Of a stretch of DNA of 64,000 nt, positions 37,010-46,612 are shown piece by piece; positions within the stretch are counted from its first letter, which is position 1; every line of letters begins with the position of its first letter. The position numbers and the translations under genes are program-made. Origin of the DNA: Proteobacteria bacterium UBA6156 (GTDB lineage: Bacteria > Pseudomonadota > Alphaproteobacteria > UBA2136 > UBA6156); the NCBI GenBank assembly GCA_002422365.1, contig DIUO01000036.1:38759-102758 (forward strand), written 5' to 3'. Under the pieces are notes generated by a model. That model did not search any database, had not been told where the DNA came from, and saw only the letters and a program-made list of their open reading frames with translations.

Positions 37010-39190
37010 GTGGCGAATATGCAGCAGGTGATGACGGAGAGCGGGCAGGTGCCCCCGGTGTTGGCCGGGCGGTGGGACCTTCGCCTGGGCTATCACCCCT
37101 CGCTCAAGCGGCACTTGCCGATGCTAGCCGACCTGCCGCTGTTCGATACCACCGCAGCGCATCACCTTCATCTGCTGGAGCTCCCTCTTGCCCCCGCCCT
37201 CAGCGGTCATCACATGGTGGCCGATTCCGGTCTCATGGCGGCCGCTATGCCGCCGGGCGGCATGGCCGAGGCGGTCGACGAATATCCTCTTGCCCCCGTG
37301 TTCGTGAGAGACCTCTGCGGCCGTCCGGTGCACACCGGGCTTATGCCCTTGCCCGCCCCCCCTACGGTGCCGCTGTTTCCGCCCGGCTGCCGCCATCTGC
37401 CGGCCAGTCACCCGCTTTCATCGCAGCTGGAACGTCTGGTCTGGATGACCGCCCGCCGCCTGGAGTGCGCGCCCGTCTGCGGCTCTGCGGCCCTGGCCGG
37501 AGAACCCGACACCCGCCTCCGCGCCATGGTGGCCCAACCCCAAACCTACCCCTACAAGCTCCGCCCGGATACCTTCTATGCCGACGGCTGGCGCTTGCCG
37601 GTGGTGCCGCGCGTTTATGCCGTACCGGCGCCGCCGGTGCAGGCGCAGGCCGCCGCCGATGAACTGCTGGCCCGCTGGCAGGCCCGCCCCACGGGGCAAG
37701 ACTACGAAACCTTCTACGACGCCAACAACGGCGACGCCTGGTTTGAAGAGCTGTTTGAAAAAGGCTGCACCGTCATTCCCACGCTCGAGGCCTACAACGG
37801 CCGCTACCATGTCGGAGACGACTACGTCGCCACCGCCGTAGACCCCGGCCGCGCCGTAGCAGGCCTGCACGAAATCATCGAACACAGCGACTCCGACACC
37901 CCCGCCGGTACTATTCTCGATGTCCGCACCCCCGGCTGGGTCACCTCCACGGGCGTACATCCCGCGCAGGTAGTGGTCAGCAACGGCAGCGGCTGGCAGG
38001 CGCCGTCGGTGCCCTTACCACCATTGCCCAACCGCCGCTTGCCGCACCCGCGTGTCGGCGGCGCCTGGGGGGCTGTCTGGCTGCCCACCCACCCCGGCCA
38101 CTTTGCCGAACCCGCCCTTTACGACTGGAACATGACCGGCCATTTTGTGCAGGTATCCGGCCCCTTGTGGGATCCTCTCCATTACATCTACACCAGCACC
38201 GAAGCCCTCACGCGCGCCTTCCGCCGCCCGCACCCGCAGGTGCCGGGGGCCTATGTGCTGCCCCCGTCGCTCAAGCTCCGCTTTCATCCGCTGGCCCCTC
38301 AAACCTGGTACGACACCCTCAACGAGCGCACCGCCCAACAACGCCAGACCGACCCCGCCCACCCGCTCTACGGCAGTACAATCGATACCCTGCCGCTGGG
38401 CCGCCAGGTGGCTCCGGCCGGGTATCACCCGTTGCCTTGGGCGCTGGAGTACGAACTCGATCCCGCCCACTTCCCCAGCCTGCATCCCGCGCACCTCGAA
38501 GCGCCATGCCCGCCCGATCTCGAGCCGCGCCTCATGCCGCCCGCCCAGCTGGCCGATCCCGCAGCCTACCTCGGCTACCACGTCGCGGTCACCGAGCCGA
38601 TGCGCGAAGCTCAGCAACAAGCGGCCGCAGCGCCCTTCAGCGAAGCAAGTTGCGACATAAAGGAAACACTCCTTCCCCTCACTTTGCATACCCAACCCGA
38701 GCGGGCGCTCCCTGCTTATGTGCCGGATATGCCCGCCAGCCAGCTTGCCGTGAACATCAAGCGCCTGTTTGCTGCCCGGGCTTACCGCCAGCAGTTGCAG
38801 GCGTTGGCCGAGGCCTGGAATCAACCCGGCCTGCCGGCCGCCTTCTACCAATTCCGCGAGTCTGCCTTGGCGTGGCGCCGCTTGCGCTACCGCCTCTTCA
38901 CCAAGTATGCCGCCACCTGGCAGCAGGCCGCCGCCGTGGGGATAGACCTCCCCACCGCCGAGCAGCTGGTGCCGGAGTCCGATCCCTTGCAGCACCAGCG
39001 GGTGCAGCGCGCCCGTCTGGGCGGCCTGGGGGTGGTGCCGCCACTGCCTCTCCTGCGGGCGGACGGTTTGCCATCGCCTGCGGCACAGGCTAAACTTGCA
39101 CCTGCACGGCGGCGCAGCCAGGGCAAGGGGCTACCTGCTTCTCCCGCTAAGCCGCGCCAAACCGTTAACAATCCTGGGGAAAATACCTAG
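37010..39190 (+). CDS. large Pro-rich hypothetical protein (726 aa), no signal peptide or TM
   Basis: A long ORF in the operon orientation with coding-like GC3 bias. 13% Pro with many PxxP segments. No recognisable catalytic motifs. Confidence 0.45.
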   Translation: MANMQQVMTESGQVPPVLAGRWDLRLGYHPSLKRHLPMLADLPLFDTTAAHHLHLLELPLAPALSGHHMVADSGLMAAAMPPGGMAEAVDEYPLAPVFVRDLCGRPVHTGLMPLPAPPTVPLFPPGCRHLPASHPLSSQLERLVWMTARRLECAPVCGSAALAGEPDTRLRAMVAQPQTYPYKLRPDTFYADGWRLPVVPRVYAVPAPPVQAQAAADELLARWQARPTGQDYETFYDANNGDAWFEELFEKGCTVIPTLEAYNGRYHVGDDYVATAVDPGRAVAGLHEIIEHSDSDTPAGTILDVRTPGWVTSTGVHPAQVVVSNGSGWQAPSVPLPPLPNRRLPHPRVGGAWGAVWLPTHPGHFAEPALYDWNMTGHFVQVSGPLWDPLHYIYTSTEALTRAFRRPHPQVPGAYVLPPSLKLRFHPLAPQTWYDTLNERTAQQRQTDPAHPLYGSTIDTLPLGRQVAPAGYHPLPWALEYELDPAHFPSLHPAHLEAPCPPDLEPRLMPPAQLADPAAYLGYHVAVTEPMREAQQQAAAAPFSEASCDIKETLLPLTLHTQPERALPAYVPDMPASQLAVNIKRLFAARAYRQQLQALAEAWNQPGLPAAFYQFRESALAWRRLRYRLFTKYAATWQQAAAVGIDLPTAEQLVPESDPLQHQRVQRARLGGLGVVPPLPLLRADGLPSPAAQAKLAPARRRSQGKGLPASPAKPRQTVNNPGENT

Positions 39191-40627
39191 ATGGCCACCG
39201 AACCCACACCCGATATCATCGCCCGCCCCGGTGCCGGCGGCAAATCCGGCGGTGCCGAATCTCCCGGCGCGCTGGAGAAATTCCGTGCCTTGCCGCCCAA
39301 AATGCAGGGTGCCATCGTCATTGTCGGCCTTATCGGAGTGTTTTATGTCATCAGCTCGCTGCGTGGCGGCGGTGCGCCCTCGTCGCGCACGGTGGTCAAT
39401 TTGGGCCAGCCCAACGGCCGGGAGGTCAGCGCCACGTTCTCAGGTATCGAAACCGACCGCCCGGCCGTCATGCAAAGCGTCTTCGAGCAAAACCGCCGCG
39501 ACATGGCCGAGCTCCGCAGTAAAATCGAAAGCGACTTCGCCCTGCGCGACAAAGCCCTGCAAGATGCCCTGAACCAGAACCAGGAACTGCAACGCCAAAT
39601 GCAGCAGATGATGGGCGACTTCACCACCGAATTGAAAAACATCCAAATCGAACGCGCCCGCGACAACGAGCGCCTTGCCCAACTGGCCGACCAGCAAAAG
39701 CAACTCGAACTCAACGCACCCGTCGACGGCCTCGGCGTCGTGGCCGGAGAAGCCCCGCGCCGCCGCGCCATTTCCCAGGTTGTGCTGGGGGGAGGGGTCA
39801 TGGAGAACATCCGCAGCCCTTTCGGTCCGGCGGGGGCGGCAACGGGCAGCCACCTTACCAGCAGCGGTAACGTGGTCGCCAACCCCGCCGAACGGGCAAA
39901 AGAAGAACGCCTGCCCTTCATCCCGCCGCTCGGCTTTGTGCGCGCCACCCTGCTCAACGGGGTCGACGCCCTGATCGGCGGCACCAACACTCCCGCCCTG
40001 GCCCGTCTGTCCGGCACCTACAAAACCGCCATGAACAGCACCATCTCGCTCGATGGCTGCGTAGCGCTGCTGGAATTTTCAGGCAACATCTCCACCGAGC
40101 GCGCCACCGGCCGCCCCATGCGGATGACCTGCGTCTACCCCGACGGCGGCGCCGCCACCTACAGCCTCTCCGGCTACGCGGTCGACTCCATCGACGGCAT
40201 CATCGGCATCCCCGGCGTGCTGTACGAGGGCGACCCCACCCGTATCGCCGCCGCCATGCTGGCCGAGTTTGCCGCAGGCGTGGCCGAAATTGTCCAAGAC
40301 AACACCAACTCCAGCGTTACCACCACCAACAACGAGGGCACCACCTCCACAGTCCAACTGCCCAGCAGTGGCGAGGTGGCCGAGCAAATCATCGGCGGCT
40401 CGGCTAAGGTTATGGGCTCGCTGCGCGACTACATGCAAAAGCGCGCCGACCGTGTCCAATCGTTTATCCGCCTCGATGCCACGCGCGAAGTCGACCTCGT
40501 CATTCTCAACGGCACCGAACTGCGTAAATCCGGCAATGTCTGGAGCGCCCTCTTCGACGGCAATACCGACGCGGGCCTACCGTCGCAACAGCTGAACACC
40601 ACCGCAACGCCGGCACAGGCGGAATAA
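39191..40627 (+). CDS. TraB/VirB10/TrbI-family protein
   Basis: 478 aa (F TraB is 475 aa). A cytoplasmic N-terminus, one TM (GAIVIVGLIGVFYVISSL), a coiled coil, a Pro-rich spacer, and a C-terminal beta domain with LPFIPPLGFVRATLLNGVDA, resembling VirB10-family C-terminal domains. Confidence 0.65.
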   Translation: MATEPTPDIIARPGAGGKSGGAESPGALEKFRALPPKMQGAIVIVGLIGVFYVISSLRGGGAPSSRTVVNLGQPNGREVSATFSGIETDRPAVMQSVFEQNRRDMAELRSKIESDFALRDKALQDALNQNQELQRQMQQMMGDFTTELKNIQIERARDNERLAQLADQQKQLELNAPVDGLGVVAGEAPRRRAISQVVLGGGVMENIRSPFGPAGAATGSHLTSSGNVVANPAERAKEERLPFIPPLGFVRATLLNGVDALIGGTNTPALARLSGTYKTAMNSTISLDGCVALLEFSGNISTERATGRPMRMTCVYPDGGAATYSLSGYAVDSIDGIIGIPGVLYEGDPTRIAAAMLAEFAAGVAEIVQDNTNSSVTTTNNEGTTSTVQLPSSGEVAEQIIGGSAKVMGSLRDYMQKRADRVQSFIRLDATREVDLVILNGTELRKSGNVWSALFDGNTDAGLPSQQLNTTATPAQAE

Positions 40628-40641
40628 GGGAGAAGACCACC

Positions 40642-41118
40642 ATGACCTCACGCATCGCACCTCAACTTGGCTATGTCCTTCTGGCGGCTGCAACCGGCCT
40701 CGCGGGCTGCAAATACTACGGCAGCGCCCTCCCGCCGGAATACCCCATGAGCATGGGCGACGCCCTCTCGGTCGCCAACGACCAACGCACCACCACCGGC
40801 GGCAGCCAGCGCCCAGTGGTGCGGCACCCCACCCGCCCGCAAATCGAGCGTCCCAGCTACCTGCCGGAAAAAGAACTGGCGCTGGTGACCCCACCCAAAA
40901 CCCTGCTGGTCTGGACCTACCCGCACGTCACCGAAGACAACACCCGCGTCTTTGGTAACTGGAGCACCATCTTCCTCACCGACCGCTACGAGTGGGCCCG
41001 CCCCAGCAACGAACTCCCGGCGCGGGAAGACGATGCCGGCACCGTAGCAGGCCGCCCCAACTTAGGCTTGGCGCCGCAAGCTCTCCCGGTCTTACCGGCG
41101 GCCATGCCCACACCCTAA
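40642..41118 (+). CDS. lipoprotein, TraV-like by size and position
   Basis: 158 aa with lipobox LAGC. It lies between the TraB-like and TraC-like genes, as traV does in the F B-(P,D,G)-V-(R)-C order. Confidence 0.5.
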   Translation: MTSRIAPQLGYVLLAAATGLAGCKYYGSALPPEYPMSMGDALSVANDQRTTTGGSQRPVVRHPTRPQIERPSYLPEKELALVTPPKTLLVWTYPHVTEDNTRVFGNWSTIFLTDRYEWARPSNELPAREDDAGTVAGRPNLGLAPQALPVLPAAMPTP

Positions 41119-41162
41119 GCCGGGGGTAAACCGTCACCAATAAAAAAAGATACGAGCAGGCC

Positions 41163-43760
41163 ATGCTGAACAAGGATACCTACGCCCCGCCCCGCCCCGA
41201 CCTTCTGGGCGAGCAGCTGCCGTATTTCGAGTTCAACGACGACAGCTCCTCGCAATACTACCGCATGCACCTGCTGAAGGACGGCGGCATCGGTATTTGC
41301 TGGAAGTGCCCCGTACCCGCCAGCTATTCGTATGACGACGGCTACGGCTCCACCACCAACGAGTTCCGTACCTTTATGGAAAGCGTACCCACCGACTACG
41401 AAGCGCAAGTCGTCATCACCTCGCACAACAATCTGGTCAAGCCTCTCCAGAATTACCTCGAGGCCACACCCGATCTCGAACGCGCCAAACTGCTGCGCCA
41501 GTCGCGGGCCGAGAAAATCCGCGACGCAGGTTACCGGGGCTATGCCACCTCCGAGCGCGGCTTCACCCGCCTGCGCGATACCTACATGGTCATCAGCCTG
41601 CGCTGCCCCGAAACCACCGAACGCTACGGCCTCCTCAAAGGCACCATCGAAATCACCTACCAGGCCATGGCGTTAATGATGGTCTCGCTGGGCATGGACC
41701 TCTCCAAAATGGCAGGCCGCTTTATGGGAGACCTCGTCAAAACCGCCATGATTGAATTCCGCGAGGCCGTGCTGGCGGTCGAAAACACCCTCAACGGCAT
41801 GTTCGAAATCCACCGCATGTCGCTGGAAGAACTGAAAGACCACTACTGGCAAGCCTATTGCCCCAGCTACAAAGACCCCGCGCAGAAAATCTCCATCGAC
41901 CCCCTCCGTCCCTTCGACGAACAAATCTTTCCGCTGCCGATCGAAAACAGCCACGACATCATCAAAATCGGCGACGACTACCACGGCACCGTCATGCTGG
42001 CCATGATGCCCGACAGCGTCATGGCCGACTATCTCGGCACCATCCGCCGCACGCTCAATTCGCAAACCACGTTTTTCTGCAATCTCACCTCGGTCAACCA
42101 GACCGCCGAAAAGGTCAAGCTCACCCTCGGTGCCGCCATGCGCAAACGCGTCGCCAGCGCCTTTAACAAAGAGGAAGCCGATCTCTACGCGCAAGAAGCC
42201 TCCGACGTTAAAACCCGCCTCTACAGCGGTCGCAAAATCGTCCGTGCCATGGTGGGGCTCATCATCCACGGCAAAACGCGCGAGGAAGTCGAAGACAACC
42301 TCATGCGCATCGCCTCGCAATACAAAAAGCTCTCCGTGGTGCCGGATATCGAAAAAACCATGGCTCTCCAGGCTCTCGCCTACAGCTGGCCACTCACCTG
42401 GCGCAACAAGTTTTCCGCCCCCTTTGCCCGCACCCGGCGGGTGATGAGCGACGACATCACCGACCTCCTGCCCATCCATGGCCACTGGGGCGGCCACGGG
42501 CGGCCCTATACCAAGTACGAAAAACAAATTCCTCAGTCGCTCTACGTCAACCGCGACGGCGAAATCTCCTTCTTCGACCACACCAGCGGCGACTTCATGA
42601 ACTGGCACTACGCCATTACGGGTACGTCAGGCTCCGGTAAAAGCTTTGCAGTCACCGACCTCGTGCTCCAGCTCTTCAGCGCGGGGATCGAAAAACAATA
42701 CCTGATGACCATCAAAGACGACTACGACCGCTTCGGCGAGACCATGGGCAAGCTCATCATCATCGACCTCGACCGCAAAGACGTCTGCATCAATCCCTTT
42801 ACCGGAGAAATCTCCAAACACCGCCTCCAGCAGTGGACAACCACGGTGGAGCTGATGATCGCTAAGGGCGACTACGAAATCTCGCGCGTCGAGCAACGGC
42901 TCATCGAGCAAGTGGTGCAATACGCCTACGATATCGTCCCGCCCGACGACGTGCTGCGTCCCACCTGGATCCAGCAGGCGTATCTGAAGTTCCCCTATTC
43001 CGACGAAGAAAGCCGCCAAGCCGGCATGGCCATGGCACGAGAAATCGGCTCCTATTGCGAAAACGGCATCTACGGCCATCTCTTCGACGCCCCGCCCAGC
43101 TTCACCGAAAAAGACAAGCTGGTGGTCTTCAACCTGCAAAACGTGCTGAACGAAAAAATCTCCGACGTCATCATCAACGCGCTGTTCACCATGATCGACA
43201 ACGTCATGTACCTCGGCAACCGGGGCGAAAAAAAGCACCTCTTGTGCGACGAAATGGTCAGCATGATCTCCTCCAAGGGCGGTGCCGCCGTGGCCAACCA
43301 GCTCAAGCGCGCCTTCCGCACCTACCGCTCGCTCAACTGCATGTGCGGCATCTCGTCGCAGAACGAGGAAGACCTGACCACCGAAGTCGGCCAGGCCATC
43401 ATCGGGAACATCACCAAGCGCCTCATCCTCAAGCCCCGGCGCGAGATGATCCCCATGCTGATGGAATCCTTGGGCCTGCGCGCGGAACGCCACCAAAGCA
43501 ACATTGCCAGTCTCGATACCCGCCCGGGTTTCTTCTCCGAATTCTATCTCATGTCGCCGCACGGCGAGGTCGTCTGCCGCCTCATCCCGGACAAACTCAC
43601 CTACGCCCTCGCCACCACCACGCCCGACGACGTCGCCGAAATCAAACGCATCCGCGACGAAGCCCGCTGCGATTGGTGGCAAGCCACGGTCACCTTTGCC
43701 GAACGCTTCCCCCACGGTGTCCGCGCCGCCCGCTCCTCCGCCCGCGCCCGGGGTGTTTAA
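41163..43760 (+). CDS. TraC/VirB4-family conjugative T4SS ATPase
   Basis: 865 aa (F TraC is 875 aa). Walker A ITGTSGSGKSF; Walker B KHLLCDEMVS; long N-terminal VirB4-type domain. Confidence 0.85.
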   Translation: MLNKDTYAPPRPDLLGEQLPYFEFNDDSSSQYYRMHLLKDGGIGICWKCPVPASYSYDDGYGSTTNEFRTFMESVPTDYEAQVVITSHNNLVKPLQNYLEATPDLERAKLLRQSRAEKIRDAGYRGYATSERGFTRLRDTYMVISLRCPETTERYGLLKGTIEITYQAMALMMVSLGMDLSKMAGRFMGDLVKTAMIEFREAVLAVENTLNGMFEIHRMSLEELKDHYWQAYCPSYKDPAQKISIDPLRPFDEQIFPLPIENSHDIIKIGDDYHGTVMLAMMPDSVMADYLGTIRRTLNSQTTFFCNLTSVNQTAEKVKLTLGAAMRKRVASAFNKEEADLYAQEASDVKTRLYSGRKIVRAMVGLIIHGKTREEVEDNLMRIASQYKKLSVVPDIEKTMALQALAYSWPLTWRNKFSAPFARTRRVMSDDITDLLPIHGHWGGHGRPYTKYEKQIPQSLYVNRDGEISFFDHTSGDFMNWHYAITGTSGSGKSFAVTDLVLQLFSAGIEKQYLMTIKDDYDRFGETMGKLIIIDLDRKDVCINPFTGEISKHRLQQWTTTVELMIAKGDYEISRVEQRLIEQVVQYAYDIVPPDDVLRPTWIQQAYLKFPYSDEESRQAGMAMAREIGSYCENGIYGHLFDAPPSFTEKDKLVVFNLQNVLNEKISDVIINALFTMIDNVMYLGNRGEKKHLLCDEMVSMISSKGGAAVANQLKRAFRTYRSLNCMCGISSQNEEDLTTEVGQAIIGNITKRLILKPRREMIPMLMESLGLRAERHQSNIASLDTRPGFFSEFYLMSPHGEVVCRLIPDKLTYALATTTPDDVAEIKRIRDEARCDWWQATVTFAERFPHGVRAARSSARARGV

Positions 43761-43897
43761 TCACGGTGCGGGGCATTATTCAGCAAGCGCACGCAGCGGA
43801 AACGACCGAAAATCCACAACCCTGCCACCATTCGCACCACTTCCCCTAGCATCGGCGGCCATCCGCAGTTAGATTACGCTGGAGCAAGATTAAAACC

Positions 43898-46498
43898 ATG
43901 GCCCTGCGACGCAAACTTCCCTCCCGCATCACTCCGGATACCACGCCGGAGGCCAAAAACACGCGCCAACCCGAAGCCGCTCAACCCGCCGCACCACAAG
44001 CCCCTGAGCCCGAAGTTTCTCCCAGAACCGCCCCCGCAGCAGCAGCAAGCCCTGCGGCCAATGCCATGGCCGAGGCCGCACTGGAAGCCTTCGGCACCTT
44101 GCCCACCACGCCGCGCGTGCTGGAAGACAGCTTCGCCGCCCCCGCCGCAACGCCAACTCCGCAGGCCGATGCCGCCCCCGCCACACAAGCCGCCCCAGCA
44201 CCGGTTGCAGTGTCCGAAGAAGCCTTCGTGGCCCCCGCCTGGCAAACCGAAACCGCTGCCGAAACCGCTGCCGAAACCGCTGCCGAAGCCTTCGTGGCCC
44301 CCGCTTGGCAAACACCATCAGCCGAAGAATCGCTGCCAGCCGTCGCCGCCGTAGCGTCGCCCGCACCTGCCCCGGTGGCCGAGCCTGTGGCTGAGCCTGT
44401 AGCCGACGCAAAAACCGAAACCGCCGCCGCATCCACAGCAGCCCCGTTTGCCGAACCACTCGCCGCTACCGCCACGCTGCCCGCGCCCACCCCCGAGCCC
44501 ACCCCGGAGACCGCAACCAACTCCATGGCCGAAGCTCCCTTACCCGAAGTCGCCTCCATCCACATGGCCGATACCGAAGAGCTTCCCACGGTCGCGAGCC
44601 CCGAACAGCCCACAGGTTCGGCCCCAGATGCCGACACGGCCGACACCGCGTCCACGGAAACCCCCGAAGGACCCACCAATTTCACGTTCGAAGCCTCGCG
44701 CCCCTCCGGCAACCGCATCAAACGCCGCGTCCGCGAGAAAAAAGCCCGCGATTTCTCCGCCACCGGCGCACCGGAAGATGCGCCCCAACCGCGCAACAAG
44801 CCGGTCACTAGCGCCTTTGCGCCCAACGTCCCGGTCGATGACAAACCGCTCGACCAGGTCGACAATTCCCTCATCGCCTCCGGCGTCATGGCGCCCCCCC
44901 CGCGCGACAGTCTCACCGGCCGCCTGCCGCAAGGTGTGGCGGAAAGTTCGTCCCCGCTGGCCGCCCCCAGCGTGCCTCAGGCTGCGCCGCAGGCCGCCCA
45001 GCCTGCTCCTGTTATCGCCCAGGCTACGCCCCAACCTAAGCCCCAGCCTCAACAGGAACCAAAGCCTGAACCGAAGCCTGAACCGAAACCAGAGTTCAAG
45101 CCAGAGTTCAAGCCGGAGGCCAAACCTCAGCCTAAACCGCAGCCTGCCCCGGAGCCCCAACCCGAAATGAAACCCCAGCCTCAGCCTGCGCCTAAGCCAC
45201 AACCCTCCGCAGCACCGCAACCCCAGGTGCAGCCCGCACCCCCGGCCACCCCGGCCTTCAGCCTATCGGGTGCGGCGGCATCGGCACCTTTGCCCCAGCC
45301 GCAGTCCAATCTGCCCTGGGCACAACCCGCGGCCGAGGCCGACTGGGATATCAGCCAGCCCGGACAAACCGAAGGCTGGGGCGGCCAAGTGCCGGAGTCC
45401 GCCTCCGAACCCGCCATGCACATGCCGCCTCAGGCCGACCTCTACAAACCCGTCAGCACGCCTGCGGCGGCACCGCGCGCCTCGGCCGGGCCCGCCTCCA
45501 TTCCCGGTGCCTCGTCCAAGGCCGCCTATACGCCCGAGCTCCCGGGCCAGCGCCGCAAAACCTCCGGCACGCCCTGGGCATTAGTGGCGGTGGCCGTGAT
45601 CGTGGTGGCGGTGGGCGGCGGTTACGTGCTGCTGGGCGGTCAATCGGGCGCCAGCGCCAGCCTGGCCAATCTTACCCAGCGCGGCGGAAGCTCCTCCGAA
45701 ACCCAACCCCTGCTGCCGCCGCCGGAAAATGCCGAATCCTCCTCCTTCGCCGCCTTGCCCGAGTCCCCCACCAGCCCCAGTGCCGTCATCGCCTTTGCCG
45801 ATGTCCCCGACACCGAGGCCTCCGAACCCATTGTCGCTACCGGAGACGAAGAGATTCCCCAGGGCCTCTTTGCCAAATTGCAAGAAGAAGTCGAAAAGGC
45901 ACGGGAACGCAAAGACGGCACCGCCCCAACCGACACCGCCCTGACCCCCGAGCCCGGTACCCCCACCTTCTCGCAAGAAGATCTGCAAAAAGAACTCGCC
46001 GCCTACCGCGCCGCCCTGGCGGGCAGTGCCAACCCGGCCGAGCTCAAGCCCAACACCTTCGAACCCAACATCACCGCCCAAACCGACGCCCAACTGGCTT
46101 CGGGCGCCTTGCTGCCGCCACCAGCGGGCACCACCCCGCCCACCGAGCTTTACACCCACAACCCCAACAACCTGCCGGTGGTGGCCGAGCCTGTCATCAA
46201 CGCGCCGGAGCGCGTGCGCACCCTGGCCGACTTCACCGAGGCCGAACCCTACCTGCCGGAGCGTGAAAAGGTCGAAATCCCCGCCAACATCAAGCCCAAG
46301 CTCGCCGCGACCGACTTCCCCTCGCTGGAGGTACTGAGCTTCGTCCCCGGCCAGGGCATTGTCGCCTTTGCCGATGGCCGGGAAGGGGTGCTGCTCATCG
46401 GCGAAAGCATCAACGGGTGGGAGCTTGTCGCCGTCAATGCCGACACCGCCGAGTTCCGCGCTGGCCAAAAAAGCTATCAACTCAGCGCCAATCACTAA
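43898..46498 (+). CDS. Pro/Ala/Glu-rich repeat protein with single TM and C-terminal globular domain (PilP/GspC/FimV-like architecture)
   Basis: 866 aa. AETA, EAFVAPAWQT and KPEP/KPQP repeats. TM WALVAVAVIVVAVGGGYVLLGG near residue 560. A C-terminal ~90-aa beta-type domain (GIVAFADGREGVLLIGESINGWELVAVNADTAEFRAGQKSYQL). Confidence 0.55.
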   Translation: MALRRKLPSRITPDTTPEAKNTRQPEAAQPAAPQAPEPEVSPRTAPAAAASPAANAMAEAALEAFGTLPTTPRVLEDSFAAPAATPTPQADAAPATQAAPAPVAVSEEAFVAPAWQTETAAETAAETAAEAFVAPAWQTPSAEESLPAVAAVASPAPAPVAEPVAEPVADAKTETAAASTAAPFAEPLAATATLPAPTPEPTPETATNSMAEAPLPEVASIHMADTEELPTVASPEQPTGSAPDADTADTASTETPEGPTNFTFEASRPSGNRIKRRVREKKARDFSATGAPEDAPQPRNKPVTSAFAPNVPVDDKPLDQVDNSLIASGVMAPPPRDSLTGRLPQGVAESSSPLAAPSVPQAAPQAAQPAPVIAQATPQPKPQPQQEPKPEPKPEPKPEFKPEFKPEAKPQPKPQPAPEPQPEMKPQPQPAPKPQPSAAPQPQVQPAPPATPAFSLSGAAASAPLPQPQSNLPWAQPAAEADWDISQPGQTEGWGGQVPESASEPAMHMPPQADLYKPVSTPAAAPRASAGPASIPGASSKAAYTPELPGQRRKTSGTPWALVAVAVIVVAVGGGYVLLGGQSGASASLANLTQRGGSSSETQPLLPPPENAESSSFAALPESPTSPSAVIAFADVPDTEASEPIVATGDEEIPQGLFAKLQEEVEKARERKDGTAPTDTALTPEPGTPTFSQEDLQKELAAYRAALAGSANPAELKPNTFEPNITAQTDAQLASGALLPPPAGTTPPTELYTHNPNNLPVVAEPVINAPERVRTLADFTEAEPYLPEREKVEIPANIKPKLAATDFPSLEVLSFVPGQGIVAFADGREGVLLIGESINGWELVAVNADTAEFRAGQKSYQLSANH
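44222..44313 (+). repeat. direct DNA repeats: ~26-bp duplication (gccttcgtggcccccgc(c/t)tggcaaac) flanking a 12-bp unit gaaaccgctgcc x3
   Basis: The repeats are directly visible and encode EAFVAPAWQT...AETAAETAAETA...EAFVAPAWQT in frame. Confidence 0.7.
45055..45180 (+). repeat. in-frame low-complexity repeat tract encoding (K/E)P(E/Q)(P/F)K units
   Basis: aagcctgaaccg and ccagagttcaag units are repeated; amino-acid repeat KPEPKPEPKPEFKPEFKPEAKPQPKPQP. Confidence 0.65.
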
Positions 46499-46612
46499 CA
46501 CGAACGTGCCAAGCGCACCCCAACCGAACAAATACTTGCCGTCACCGCGCTTGCGCCGTAAAATGCACACCAGATTTCTCTGAGACCGCCCGAAACACCG
46601 AAAGGCCGAGCC

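Noticed and set aside
45055-45180. KPEP/KPQP nucleotide repeats considered as possible CRISPR-like or intergenic tandem repeats
   Set aside because: They are in-frame within a long ORF and encode a peptide repeat. There are no spacer/repeat alternations of CRISPR type, and no cas genes in the window.
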